This document shows positions 12,501 through 23,034 of a DNA stretch of 41,183 bases, one piece after another. The notes under the pieces were generated by a model. The model was not told the DNA's origin, ran no database searches, and was given only the letters and a program-made list of their open reading frames with translations. Position numbers and translations under genes: made by a program. This DNA comes from Octopus bimaculoides (Eukaryota), in NCBI RefSeq assembly GCF_001194135.2, contig NC_068983.1:105297598-105338780 (forward strand). The letters are read 5' to 3'. The first letter of the stretch is position 1. The number at the start of each line of letters is the position of its first letter.

Positions 12501-12547
12501 TCACAGAACTATGAGTCATGGTCTAGGGCTACAGCTTATGAGTCACG
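9510..12547. repeat. Degenerate 27-bp minisatellite (consensus ~CTAGACTGTGACTCATAGGCTGGGGCC) interrupted by GAY/AAY-rich trinucleotide blocks
   Basis: The (A/G)TGACTCATAG motif recurs at 27-bp spacing (e.g. ~10527/10554, ~11008/11035); low-complexity blocks at ~9440-9512, 11497-11760, 12058-12278 and 12548-12690. Confidence 0.85.
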
Positions 12548-13089
12548 TTGAAGAAGTCGGCAAAAGTCGACGAAGACAATGACGTCGATGACGATATATA
12601 CCATATAATTACGAAGGATACAACAGCAACGATTTCGACGCCGACAATGTATATGAAACGGATGACGACGAATTATACATTATACATAATGCTTTGCTGG
12701 TTTGTAGAGTGTCCCTGTTAATGTAAACCTTTCCGCCAGTTGCCAAATTGCATGGCACACCTTCAATAGGTGTGAGAACTTCTCGGAGAGTTTGCTGCCT
12801 GTCGATATTTCTCTCTAAGGTGTACACTTTTGCGTGCGCACACATGTTTTGCACTTAGAGAAGAGGAAAATTGTACGCACACAAAATGTTCAAGATAAAA
12901 TTGTTTTTTTTTCTTTTTTTTACTTTATTTTTTTATTGAAATAATTTGAGAAATAGTTATTAGCATAGATGCGCACAAGCTTTCGCAAAGGAAGACAAAA
13001 TCTGCACACAAGAAAAGTTACTTACGATTGGTTCTTTAGTGCTATCTTTCCCTTTTTTTTCTACTTAAACACACAAACGTGCGCGCACG

Positions 13090-13121
<32 letters not shown>

Positions 13122-13169
13122 CACACACATTATATATATACATATATAATTTTTATTTTATTTTTTATT

Positions 13170-13477
13170 CGTTTATTTGTTTCAAATCGACGCAGGACTT
13201 ATTCTTTGTAAGCCTGGTACTTATTTTATCGATTCATTTGGCCGAATTCGGTTGTCAAGTGATGGTGGGGATAAACACAGACACAAAGAGACACACATAA
13301 ATATATATATACACATATAAGACGGGCTTCTTTCAGTTTCCGTCTACCAAACCTATTCACAAGGCTTTGGTCGGCCCAGGACTATAGTAGAAGCCACTCG
13401 CCCAAGGTGCCACGCAGTAGGACTGAACCCGAAACAATGTGGTTGGGAAACAAGCTTCTTACCACGCAAACACGCCT
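13170..13477 (-). mobile_element. SINE family A, diverged with an internally deleted 3' end
   Basis: Reverse-complement match to the family A head and body. Confidence 0.85.
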
Positions 13478-13491
13478 ATATACATCTGTAT

Positions 13492-13831
13492 ATGAGGAGA
13501 CCCCTTCGGTCATGAATGACTATGGGATTGCACCTAGAAAGTTACCCTCCGAGGCACATATCCGGGCAAAGTTGTTTGTAGAAGGCCAGCAGTCGCCTAT
13601 GTATACCAGCCTCCCCTCTCCACACCACTGATGTTATCCAAGGGAAAGGCAAAGGCCGATACAGCTTGGCACCAGCGATGTCGCAACTCATTTCTACAGC
13701 TGAGTTAACTGGAACAACGTGAAATAAAGTGTCTTGCTCAAGAACACAACATGCAGCCCGGACCGGGAATCGAACTCACAACCCCATGATTGTAAGCTCG
13801 ACGCTCTAACCACTGAGCCATGCACCTTCAC
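13492..13831 (-). mobile_element. tRNA-derived SINE family D, full length with 10-bp TSD
   Basis: A-box TGGCTCAGTGG; B-box GAGTTCGATTCC; TSD ACATCTGTAT at 13482-13491 and 13832-13841. Confidence 0.88.
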
Positions 13832-13842
13832 ACATCTGTATG

Positions 13843-13881
<39 letters not shown>

Positions 13882-14331
13882 CAAATAATATGTGAGTATA
13901 TGCATATATATGTACATGTATGTACATACCTACATCTACATGTATATATAGATGCATATCTGGGTACAGGNNNNNNNNNNNNNNNNNNNNNNNNNNNNNN
14001 NNNNNNNNNNNNNNNNNNNNNNNNNNNNNNNNNNNNNNNNNNNNNNNNNNNNNNNNNNNNNNNNNNNNNNNNNNNNNNNNNNNNNNNNNNNNNNNNNNNN
14101 NNNNNNNNNNNNNNNNNNNNNNNNNNNNNNNNNNNNNNNNNNNNNNNNNNNNNNNNNNNNNNNNNNNNNNNNNNNNNNNNNNNNNNNNNNNNNNNNNNNN
14201 NNNNNNNNNNNNNNNNNNNNNNNNNNNNNNNNNNNNNNNNNNNNNNNNNNNNNNNNNNNNNNNNNNNNNNNNNNNNNNNNNNNNNNNNNNNNNNNNNNNN
14301 NNNNNNNNNNNNNNNNNNNNNNTATATATAC

Positions 14332-14396
<65 letters not shown>

Positions 14397-14426
14397 TCGG
14401 TTCGATTAAGTGTTACTATATGACAT

Positions 14427-14790
14427 TCAACTATTGAATGGCATGATGTTAGGTCTCTTCACCATTTTTTTATTTCTTGGGTAGAACCAGTTGATATCAG
14501 TCTTCCTGTGGAAGCTTCCAGTTGATATCAGGATCTTGCGAAATTTGATATCAAAAAATCGGATTTCCCATGTAGTCCAGTCAAATATACCAAATGATGG
14601 TATAAGAACTGGTACCGCAAAGATATTTTATAGAATATTGTTGTATATCAGCATATATATTCTAGTATGTTTGTCATCTCATCTCTCATTGTACATGAAT
14701 ATATGCTGTTGGTGGTAGTGATATTTATATCAAGGTCAAATTTGATCGAGAGAACCCATTATGATAAAAGATTTTACCATCATGATGATA
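14427..14790 (-). pseudogene. Decayed non-LTR retrotransposon RT C-terminal/thumb fragment, R4/Dong-like
   Basis: 14627->14427 translates NIFAVPVLIPSFGIFDWTTWEIRFFDIKFRKILISTGSFHRKTDINWFYP, matching the R4-clade pattern NTFAVPVL..SFGI..WT..E....D.KTRK.L...G.FH..SD..RLY. A disrupted YKY motif lies upstream. Not in the ORF track. Confidence 0.7.
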
Positions 14791-16011
14791 TCTGGTATCT
14801 TTTAGGCGTAATTTTTTCCTCTGTATCCTTCCATTTTTAAGAGATTATAAAGAGATTGAGACAGATTCGACTTTTATTTCAAGCAGGTCGAAGATTGGAA
14901 AGAGGCTCTTTCGTTGATTCATGCATTATGTATGTATTGCTATGTTAATAATATATATTTTCCACGTAATTTACATCGTCTTTTGTGCATTTGTAATTTC
15001 ACACATTTCGTCTGGTTTAATATCTTGGATCGATAAAATACAGTACTAGTCAAGTAATGAAGTCGATATAATTTATGGCCTTGTGCCTATGTTAGAAATC
15101 GTTATTGGTGGTACTTATTGTTATTTATTATTTTTGCCACTGATCCGACCCCTCAAAAGTTATCCCTTTGATGCACCCCATGAGTTTCCAGTTTTGTGAG
15201 TTAAATAAATGCAAAGAGAACGCCAAGTATTTTTCTTATGTCAGCCTAGTATTTCACATTCTCCCAGACAAACAAGTTGAAACGAAGCTGCTTAAAAAAT
15301 ACCTGTCCCAGAGCCACAATATACTCACTAAGTTATTTGGCCTTGCTGTCCCACGATGAGATATGAAGCTAACGAATAAATGTGTAACGAATAAAAGACT
15401 GTCTGCACATCGTTCTCAGCCACCACGTTGCATTCTTAACCACTTTGCTTGGTCTTTCTCCACCAGGTAGTCTTCAAATACGAACCACGATGATCACTCT
15501 AAGCAGCGGAGTGGGGTGTTTTGTTAGCATGCAGTGTCGGGTTCAATTTCACCGTGCGCCAATGGAGACAAATTATATAGAACCAACTGTTTAATTTTCA
15601 AAACAAAGAAAAAGACGATGGAGTGGCTGAATCATTAATAATACCTTGTATTATTTGTTCCGGGTCCTTACTCTCACTGTTCAAATCTCGCCACGGTCAA
15701 CTTTGCTTTTCATGCTTCCGATACCGATAAAAATAAAGTAGCAACTGAGTACTGCAGTAGATTTAATCAACTAATTTGTGGCCTTGCATCTGTCTCAGAA
15801 ATGATTCTGATCTAAAACATAAAGTGGTTGAAGCAGTTTAGCGCTGGACTAAATTAATTTTGGTATTTAGATTTGTACCTCTAAATTCAAATTTTACCCC
15901 GGTCGGTCTGTCTTCCGCCTCATTGTAATCAATTGGCAAAGCACGGGAATCAATACACTTGATGATGACTTTATCCTACACATGCCAATATAAGAAATCG
16001 TTAGTAGAAAC

Positions 16012-16255
16012 GAGTTCCTTAGTGGTTCGGGTGTTGGACTCATGATCGTATGATTGTAGCTTCAATTCCTGGACTGGATAAGGCGTTATGTTCTTCCGCA
16101 AAACATTTCATTTCACGTTGCTCCAGTCCACTCAGCTGGCGAAAATGAGAAATCCTACGACGGACCAGTGTCCCGTCCAGGTGGGGGATACATACGCCAC
16201 GGAAGTGGCTCTATGAGTTTATATGGCTCGGGAAGGATCTTTATCCTTTTAAGAT
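16012..16255 (+). mobile_element. SINE family D head/core with a third type of tail
   Basis: Core TTTCACGTTGCTCCAGTCCACTCAGCTGGCGAAAATGAG, then the distinct tail CCTACGACGGACCAGTGTCCCGTCCAGG. Confidence 0.7.
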
Positions 16256-16274
16256 AAAGATCCTTCAAAGTGTT

Positions 16275-16500
16275 AAGGCGGCGAGCTGGTAGAGTCGTTA
16301 GCATGTAGAGTAAAATGCTTAACGGCATTCTGTCCGTCTCTATACGTTCTGAGTTCAAATTCTGCCAAGGTCGATTTTGCCTTTCATTCTTTCGAGGTCG
16401 ATAAAATAAGTACCAGTTGAACACTGGGCTAGATGTAACCCTTCGAAATTGCTGGCTTTGTGTCAAAATGTGAAACCAATATAAGAAATTATTATTATCT
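16275..16500 (+). mobile_element. tRNA-derived SINE family B
   Basis: AAGGCGGCGAGCTGGTAGA head; B-box GAGTTCAAATTC; homologous to 16653, 38336 and 39940. Confidence 0.88.
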
Positions 16501-16652
16501 TATTTCAGAAATGTACATGTCTACAGGGTGATCGGAATTGAAACTGTGTTAAAACTAAAGCAAATATAACGTGGAAGACACGTATTAGCCATTAAAAAGA
16601 ATACTGAAAATATTCTTTACTTCACTTAAACATTTATTATTTGGTGCCAAAA

Positions 16653-16845
16653 AGATGAAGCAGGTAGAATCGTTAGCACGCCGGACAAAATGTTTAGCGG
16701 CATTTCGCCCGTGTTTATGTTCTGAGTACAAATTCCGCTGAGGTTGACTTTGCTGAGGTCGACCGCTGAGATCGATAAATTAAGTACCATTCATCGAGCA
16801 GCCTCCTCCCCCAAAATTTCAGGTTTTGTGCCTATAATAGAAAGG
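16653..16845 (+). mobile_element. SINE family B with 17-bp TSD
   Basis: TSD ATTATTTGGTG(C/T)CAAAA at 16636-16652 and 16846-16862. Confidence 0.85.
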
Positions 16846-17319
16846 ATTATTTGGTGTCAAAATTTTCGTCAAACTAACTGCGACCTGCTTACAGGCACAG
16901 TACCACTACAACTATTATCTTAGGCGTACCAAAATATAGGCGCACTGATGATGCATTAGGTAGTTATAAAAAACAGTGTATGGTGTAATAAAACTGATAT
17001 TGTTTAGCTTATTATTCTTAGAAACATATTCTCATATAATATAATTTCGAAATGCGAGAACATTTTGGATTGAGAAGTCAAGTATTCAATAAAGATCTGG
17101 AAAAACGGCCAGCACTTATTCACTCCCTGTACATCTCTCGTGAACTTTATGCGTTATCTATTTGAGATCTACGTTTCTGCCAGTCAAAGGTGATAGAAAT
17201 ACGAAACTCAAAGTAATGATCCAGTGAAAACATCAGCTTCTAATAACAGCACCAGCTCTATTACATGTGATGAGTACTTTTCTCTCCAGTTTGTATATTC
17301 ACATGTATGTAGACACGCC

Positions 17320-17330
17320 TATACTCGCAT

Positions 17331-17379
<49 letters not shown>

Positions 17380-17439
17380 CACACACACATACACACACAC
17401 ACAAACACATACACACGCACATACACACATATTTATGCT

Positions 17440-17485
<46 letters not shown>

Positions 17486-17502
17486 CAGATAGATAGATAG
17501 AC

Positions 17503-17551
<49 letters not shown>

Positions 17552-17552
17552 T
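17320..17552. repeat. (CA)n followed by (GATA)n/(GACA) compound microsatellite
   Basis: Directly visible. Similar GATA arrays at ~4501-4565, 5868-5906, 8160-8228 (TATC), 14333-14396 and 21338-21378. Confidence 0.95.
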
Positions 17553-17846
17553 ACACGCGCTCGAATATGCATATATACAAACATACACACATACATATAT
17601 ATGCGTATATGTAGATATATGATTGCATATAGGTGTGTATGTGTGTGCACGTCTATGTGTGTTTAATGTATATATACACACATACACATATGTATGTATG
17701 TATGAATGAATGTATGTATGTATGTATGTATATGTACAGTCATACATATATCATTAGTTCAGAGGTAAACAGAAATATCGGAGCTAGTCGAATAATTAGA
17801 TGAAAAGCCTTTTTTCCTCTCTCCCCTCTCTCTTTAACCCCTCCTC

Positions 17847-17886
<40 letters not shown>

Positions 17887-18392
17887 TCTCTCTCTCCCTC
17901 TCTCTACTACAAAGGCAAAACGAGAGGAAGGTCTTTATTTAGCAGAGAAAACAAAAACGTCTCAAGTAACAATCTGTCCGTCTGGCTTTGTTAGGCTGCC
18001 AGAATACATTTCTGTTCACAAGGCAAGTGGCAGTATTATATGTATACCATACCTGGTTGTAAATAATGTCCTGCAGTTTAACCTATTCCGACTGAACTCG
18101 TGTACCGAACCAAAATTGCCAAATGATTAGTATTTTTTCACTGAAACCTACCTCCCAATACCCCCCCTCTCAATTCTTCACTCTCTCTCCCACTACCACA
18201 ACTACAACAGGCCATCACCTTTTATCGTTCTGTTTGGGGTTTTTTTGTTCTTCTTTATTTGTACAAGAATATGTGAGGTATAAAATTTGAGTGTGTATTC
18301 GTGTTCGTTATTTGAAACAAATGTGTGTGTGAGAGATTTTTGAATATGTATAGATGTGTGTGCGTGTGTACGTGTGTATGTATGTGTGCCTT

Positions 18393-18438
<46 letters not shown>

Positions 18439-18730
18439 CGTGTGTACGTGTGTGTGTGTATGTGTGTGTGTGAGTGTATGTGTGTAGATATGCAATAGTG
18501 TATATATACACTTGTGTGGTGTGGATTTCGTTGTTGATGTTGTTGATTATGTGTAATCGTCTGTATTTGAGTGAAAGTTTACGTTTATGTATTTACTCAT
18601 GTGTGATCTTGTGTGTATGTATGTATGTTTAAACACACATACACGTGTGTTTCTGTGTGACTGTGTATACACACACGCACACATAAATAAATGCATAATA
18701 TATATATATGTGTATATGCGTGTATATATG

Positions 18731-18805
<75 letters not shown>

Positions 18806-18944
18806 ATGTATGTATGTATATGTATATATATATAATTAATCTCCCATTAAAAAAACGAAGAAAAGAACACAAGAAAAAAAACAACAACGCGAGGACGTGG
18901 TACATGCAAAGTATTAAAAGACGCCCAGGGAAGGAAAGAAAGGT

Positions 18945-18981
18945 TGTTTAACGTTTCGAGCAATGCTCTTCTTCAGAAACA
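18945..18981 (-). ncRNA. Minimal type I hammerhead ribozyme in a probable Penelope-like terminal repeat remnant (~18840-19100)
   Basis: Minus strand TGTTT-CTGAAGA-a-GAGC(att)GCTC-GAAACGT-T-AAACA: 5-bp stem I, intact core, 4-bp stem II, palindromic ACGT stem III. Confidence 0.6.
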
Positions 18982-19253
18982 GGAGACAGAGAAAAGTCCA
19001 AGAGGAAAGGAAGACAGAGGAGAAATATTGCCAACAATCCACATGTAGTTACATTTTGAAATGACCGGAAGGGAATGGATGAAGAAAACATTCTTTCTAA
19101 GAAGGAGAGTGTAAGAGGAAGTATCTGCGTGTATGTGTGGGTATGTGCAAGCGCGTGAGTGTGTATGTGTGTGTGTGTGTGGTATTAACTGCTTATATGT
19201 GTACGTGTGAGTGATGTATATATATATATATATATATATACAGAAACGTGTAT

Positions 19254-19285
<32 letters not shown>

Positions 19286-19895
19286 GCATATATGTATGCA
19301 TATGTATATGCTTGTATATATACATGTATATAATATATATATATTGTGTGTATGCGTGTGTGTATATGTGTGTGCGTGTGTGAGCGCGCGTACGCCTACG
19401 TATCTGTCTCTCTGTGAGTATGTATGTGTATGTGCCTGCTCATCTAAGAGTGTACGTGTATGGCTTTGCGCCTCTGTGCGTGTTTGTACGTGTGAGCGAG
19501 TATTTTACAAAATTAATGTTTCGTTTTTTGGGGTTTTTTTCACACGTTCACTTGTATCGATTTGCAAAAGTACTTTCTGATAGAACATGTTTCAGTTGCT
19601 GAAAACATGTTAAGCTACATAAAACCTTAAGGAAGAAACCTAGCCGTTTCTTGCAATTAATAGATTTATAGCAAACTTCTCTTTACGGACCCTTAAAATA
19701 CTACAGTGGATCCCCTATTTACTATCTTGCTTGCATGGACCTAAAAAATCTTAAATGGATCCCGTGGGTCCATATGAAGAGCCACTGCTCTGGAGTATAT
19801 TTGTGTATATGTGCTTGTGTGTATGTATGTATATTTGTATGTATGTACTTATGCATGCATATATGTATGTGCGCATGTGTGCGTGTGCAGGCGTA

Positions 19896-19929
<34 letters not shown>

Positions 19930-19968
19930 TTGCTGAAAATGAATGTAGTTCATATTTTTGTACATGGA

Positions 19969-20019
<51 letters not shown>

Positions 20020-20642
20020 ATGAGAGACGGTGGAAAGAGGAAGAGAGAGGGGGGAGCGAGGGGGAAGGATGCAGACATGCAGACAAACAGACAGAGGGGT
20101 GAGTGAAAGAGAAATGTGGATAAAGATACGAAATTTTGTAAAATAAGAGCAAACGAGACCTTGCTAATTATCACTGTCATTACGATGTTTCGTCGGCTGT
20201 GTAAATTCATCCTCATCCGTTCTGGTGGAGACGAGAATAAGATTATAAAGTCGACATGACGCGAATGAGTTTGCAAACAGCATGGCCGACAATCTCTTCC
20301 GCAGCGTCTGCTCTCTCTAAACTGATAGTTCAAGCGCAAAGCATGTTATCCGCTTAATCACAAAATCTGACCGTCAAACAGGGATGCTTTTTTCATTTGA
20401 CATAGTTATTTTGACAGCCATGTCAAAATAGCCAGTGTTGATTTCATGTTTTCTTTGTGCGTGTGTGTGTCTATGTGTGCATATGTGTGTGTGTGTGAAA
20501 ATTTGTACATGTATGTGAGCGGGACAATGGATGTATATGATTATATACATATAAATATATATGCACACACAAGCATACTCCAACAAATACGCACACATTG
20601 CGCACAAAATTCAAAAAAACTTTCTTATCATATTGTTGGCAA

Positions 20643-20678
<36 letters not shown>

Positions 20679-20841
20679 ATTGTACGTATTTATCTATATA
20701 GACAAACTGTGAGAGAGAAGGAAAGAGAGGGAGAGAAAAAGCGAAAGAAAGAGAAATACATTTGGTTCACGCATATTTGTGTGTGCGTGTGTGTGAGTGT
20801 GTGTGTGCGCGCTCGTGTGTCTATGCGTATGCGCACGTGTA

Positions 20842-20886
<45 letters not shown>

Positions 20887-20932
20887 CATATTTTTTATCT
20901 TATCTTCTACCTGCTTCAGGTATTTTTAATTG

Positions 20933-21234
20933 AATGAATCGACCCCAGTACTTATTTTTTAACCCTGGTATCTATGCTATCGGTCTATTTTGCTGAACTG
21001 CTAAGTTACGGGGACGTAAACACACTAACACCGGTTGTCAAGTGGTAATAAGGGGGACAAACACACGCACACACACACACACACACACACACGTTTCCCT
21101 CTATCAAATCCACTCACAAGGCTTTGGTCAGCCCGAGGCTATTGCAAAAGATACTTACCCAAGGTGCCATGGAATAGGACTGAACTCGGAAGCATGTGGT
21201 TGGAAAACAAGCTTCTTACCACACAGCCACTCCT
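20933..21234 (-). mobile_element. SINE family A, shortened variant
   Basis: Reverse-complement match to the family A head/CORE-like region and 3' body. Confidence 0.85.
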
Positions 21235-21286
21235 ATATGTAAATGTATATGCGTGTGCGTATGAGAATATGTGTGTGTGTATGTGC

Positions 21287-21317
<31 letters not shown>

Positions 21318-21338
21318 CGTGTATGTTTGTGTGTGCAG

Positions 21339-21379
<41 letters not shown>

Positions 21380-21660
21380 TGTATGTATATGTATGTATAT
21401 GTATGTATATGTATGTATATGTATGTATATGTATGTATATGTATGTATATGTATGTATATATGTATGGGAGTGTCTGTGAGTGTATGTGTGTGTGTAAGA
21501 GAGAGTGTGAGAGAGAGAAAGGGAGAGAGTGGTTCTCTTATACTGTTTATTTATTAAATCATTTACCATTCATTTATTGCTTATCCTGTTGGGAGTCGGT
21601 TCGTAATAAAATATCAAAATGTCTATTTGGTTTATAATTTCCATTCTTTTACTTCTACAG

Positions 21661-21708
21661 TTGTCTACATCGTTCACGTATGCGGTTCTGTAGTAGAAAT
21701 ATGGCGAG
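21661..21708 (+). other. Candidate 48-nt spliced exon (host gene unknown)
   Basis: Polypyrimidine tract plus TACAG acceptor, GAG|GTGAGA donor; two frames open. Confidence 0.25.
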
Positions 21709-23034
21709 GTGAGAGGCAGGAAGAGAAGGGGAGGAGAAAGGAAGGAGAGCGGGGAGAGGAGCGGGGAGGCGGAGTAGAAAACGAACGAGCAAGAAAAACT
21801 AATTGCTCGAATGTATTTAACAACGCGTCATCAATTTTTCATGACCAACATCACCACCAACAACAACAACATCACCACCACCACCACCACCAACATCACT
21901 ACCACTCCATCTCCTACCTACCTCCAAAAAAAATTGTCGCCACAGGGACATCACCACTACCAACAACAACAACAGCAGCAGCAGCAGCAATGCCATTATC
22001 ACCACCGTTCCCGTTTCCACCAACCACCACCACGCAAATAACAAATAATAACAATGAACAAAACAATAACACTCATTTTAAATACCATTCTTAACTGGAC
22101 AATTAAACTTCATTAGNNNNNNNNNNNNNNNNNNNNNNNNNNNNNNNNNNNNNNNNNNNNNNNNNNNNNNNNNNNNNNNNNNNNNNNNNNNNNNNNNNNN
22201 NNNNNNNNNNNNNNNNNNNNNNNNNNNNNNNNNNNNNNNNNNNNNNNNNNNNNNNNNNNNNNNNNNNNNNNNNNNNNNNNNNNNNNNNNNNNNNNNNNNN
22301 NNNNNNNNNNNNNNNNNNNNNNNNNNNNNNNNNNNNNNNNNNNNNNNNNNNNNNNNNNNNNNNNNNNNNNNNNNNNNNNNNNNNNNNNNNNNNNNNNNNN
22401 NNNNNNNNNNNNNNNNNNNNNNNNNNNNNNNNNNNNNNNNNNNNNNNNNNNNNNNNNNNNNNNNNNNNNNNNNNNNNNNNNNNNNNNNNNNNNNNNNNNN
22501 NNNNNNNNNNNNNNNNNNNNNNNNNNNNNNNNNNNNNNNNNNNNNNNNNNNNNNNNNNNNNNNNNNNNNNNNNNNNNNNNNNNNNNNNNNNNNNNNNNNN
22601 NNNNNNNNNNNNNNNNNNNNNNNNNNNNNNNNNNNNNNNNNNNNNNNNNNNNNNNNNNNNNNNNNNNNNNNNNNNNNNNNNNNNNNNNNNNNNNNNNNNN
22701 NNNNNNNNNNNNNNNNNNNNNNNNNNNNNNNNNNNNNNNNNNNNNNNNNNNNNNNNNNNNNNNNNNNNNNNNNNNNNNNNNNNNNNNNNNNNNNNNNNNN
22801 NNNNNNNNNNNNNNNNNNNNNNNNNNNNNNNNNNNNNNNNNNNNNNNNNNNNNNNNNNNNNNNNNNNNNNNNNNNNNNNNNNNNNNNNNNNNNNNNNNNN
22901 ATATATATATATATATATATATATAAGAACTTATTCTGGACAGGGCTGCGTAGCGTTCAATTATAGATAAATACAAAAAATACACATTAAGTACAGGACA
23001 AAATACCAAAAAAAAAAAAAAGAATACCAAAAAT

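Noticed and set aside
9510-12547. CRISPR-like repeat/spacer interpretation
   Set aside because: Units are contiguous degenerate tandem repeats without unique spacers; no cas genes; eukaryotic context.
11497-12690. Asp/Thr-rich ORFs as an acidic biomineralisation or mucin protein
   Set aside because: The Asp frame is broken by stops and frameshifts, and the flanking 27-mers have stops in all plus frames; best explained as degenerate (GAY/AAY)n repeats.
15290-15480. Possible small exons on either strand
   Set aside because: Several alternative splice-site pairs, none giving a recognisable peptide.
16525-16560. TA-CAGGGTG mariner-like terminus
   Set aside because: No matching inverted partner found nearby, so an element cannot be delimited.
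21627-22094. PolyQ/polyH/polyT ORFs
   Set aside because: Mixed CAC/CAA/CAG trinucleotide tract read in several frames, with no domain content.
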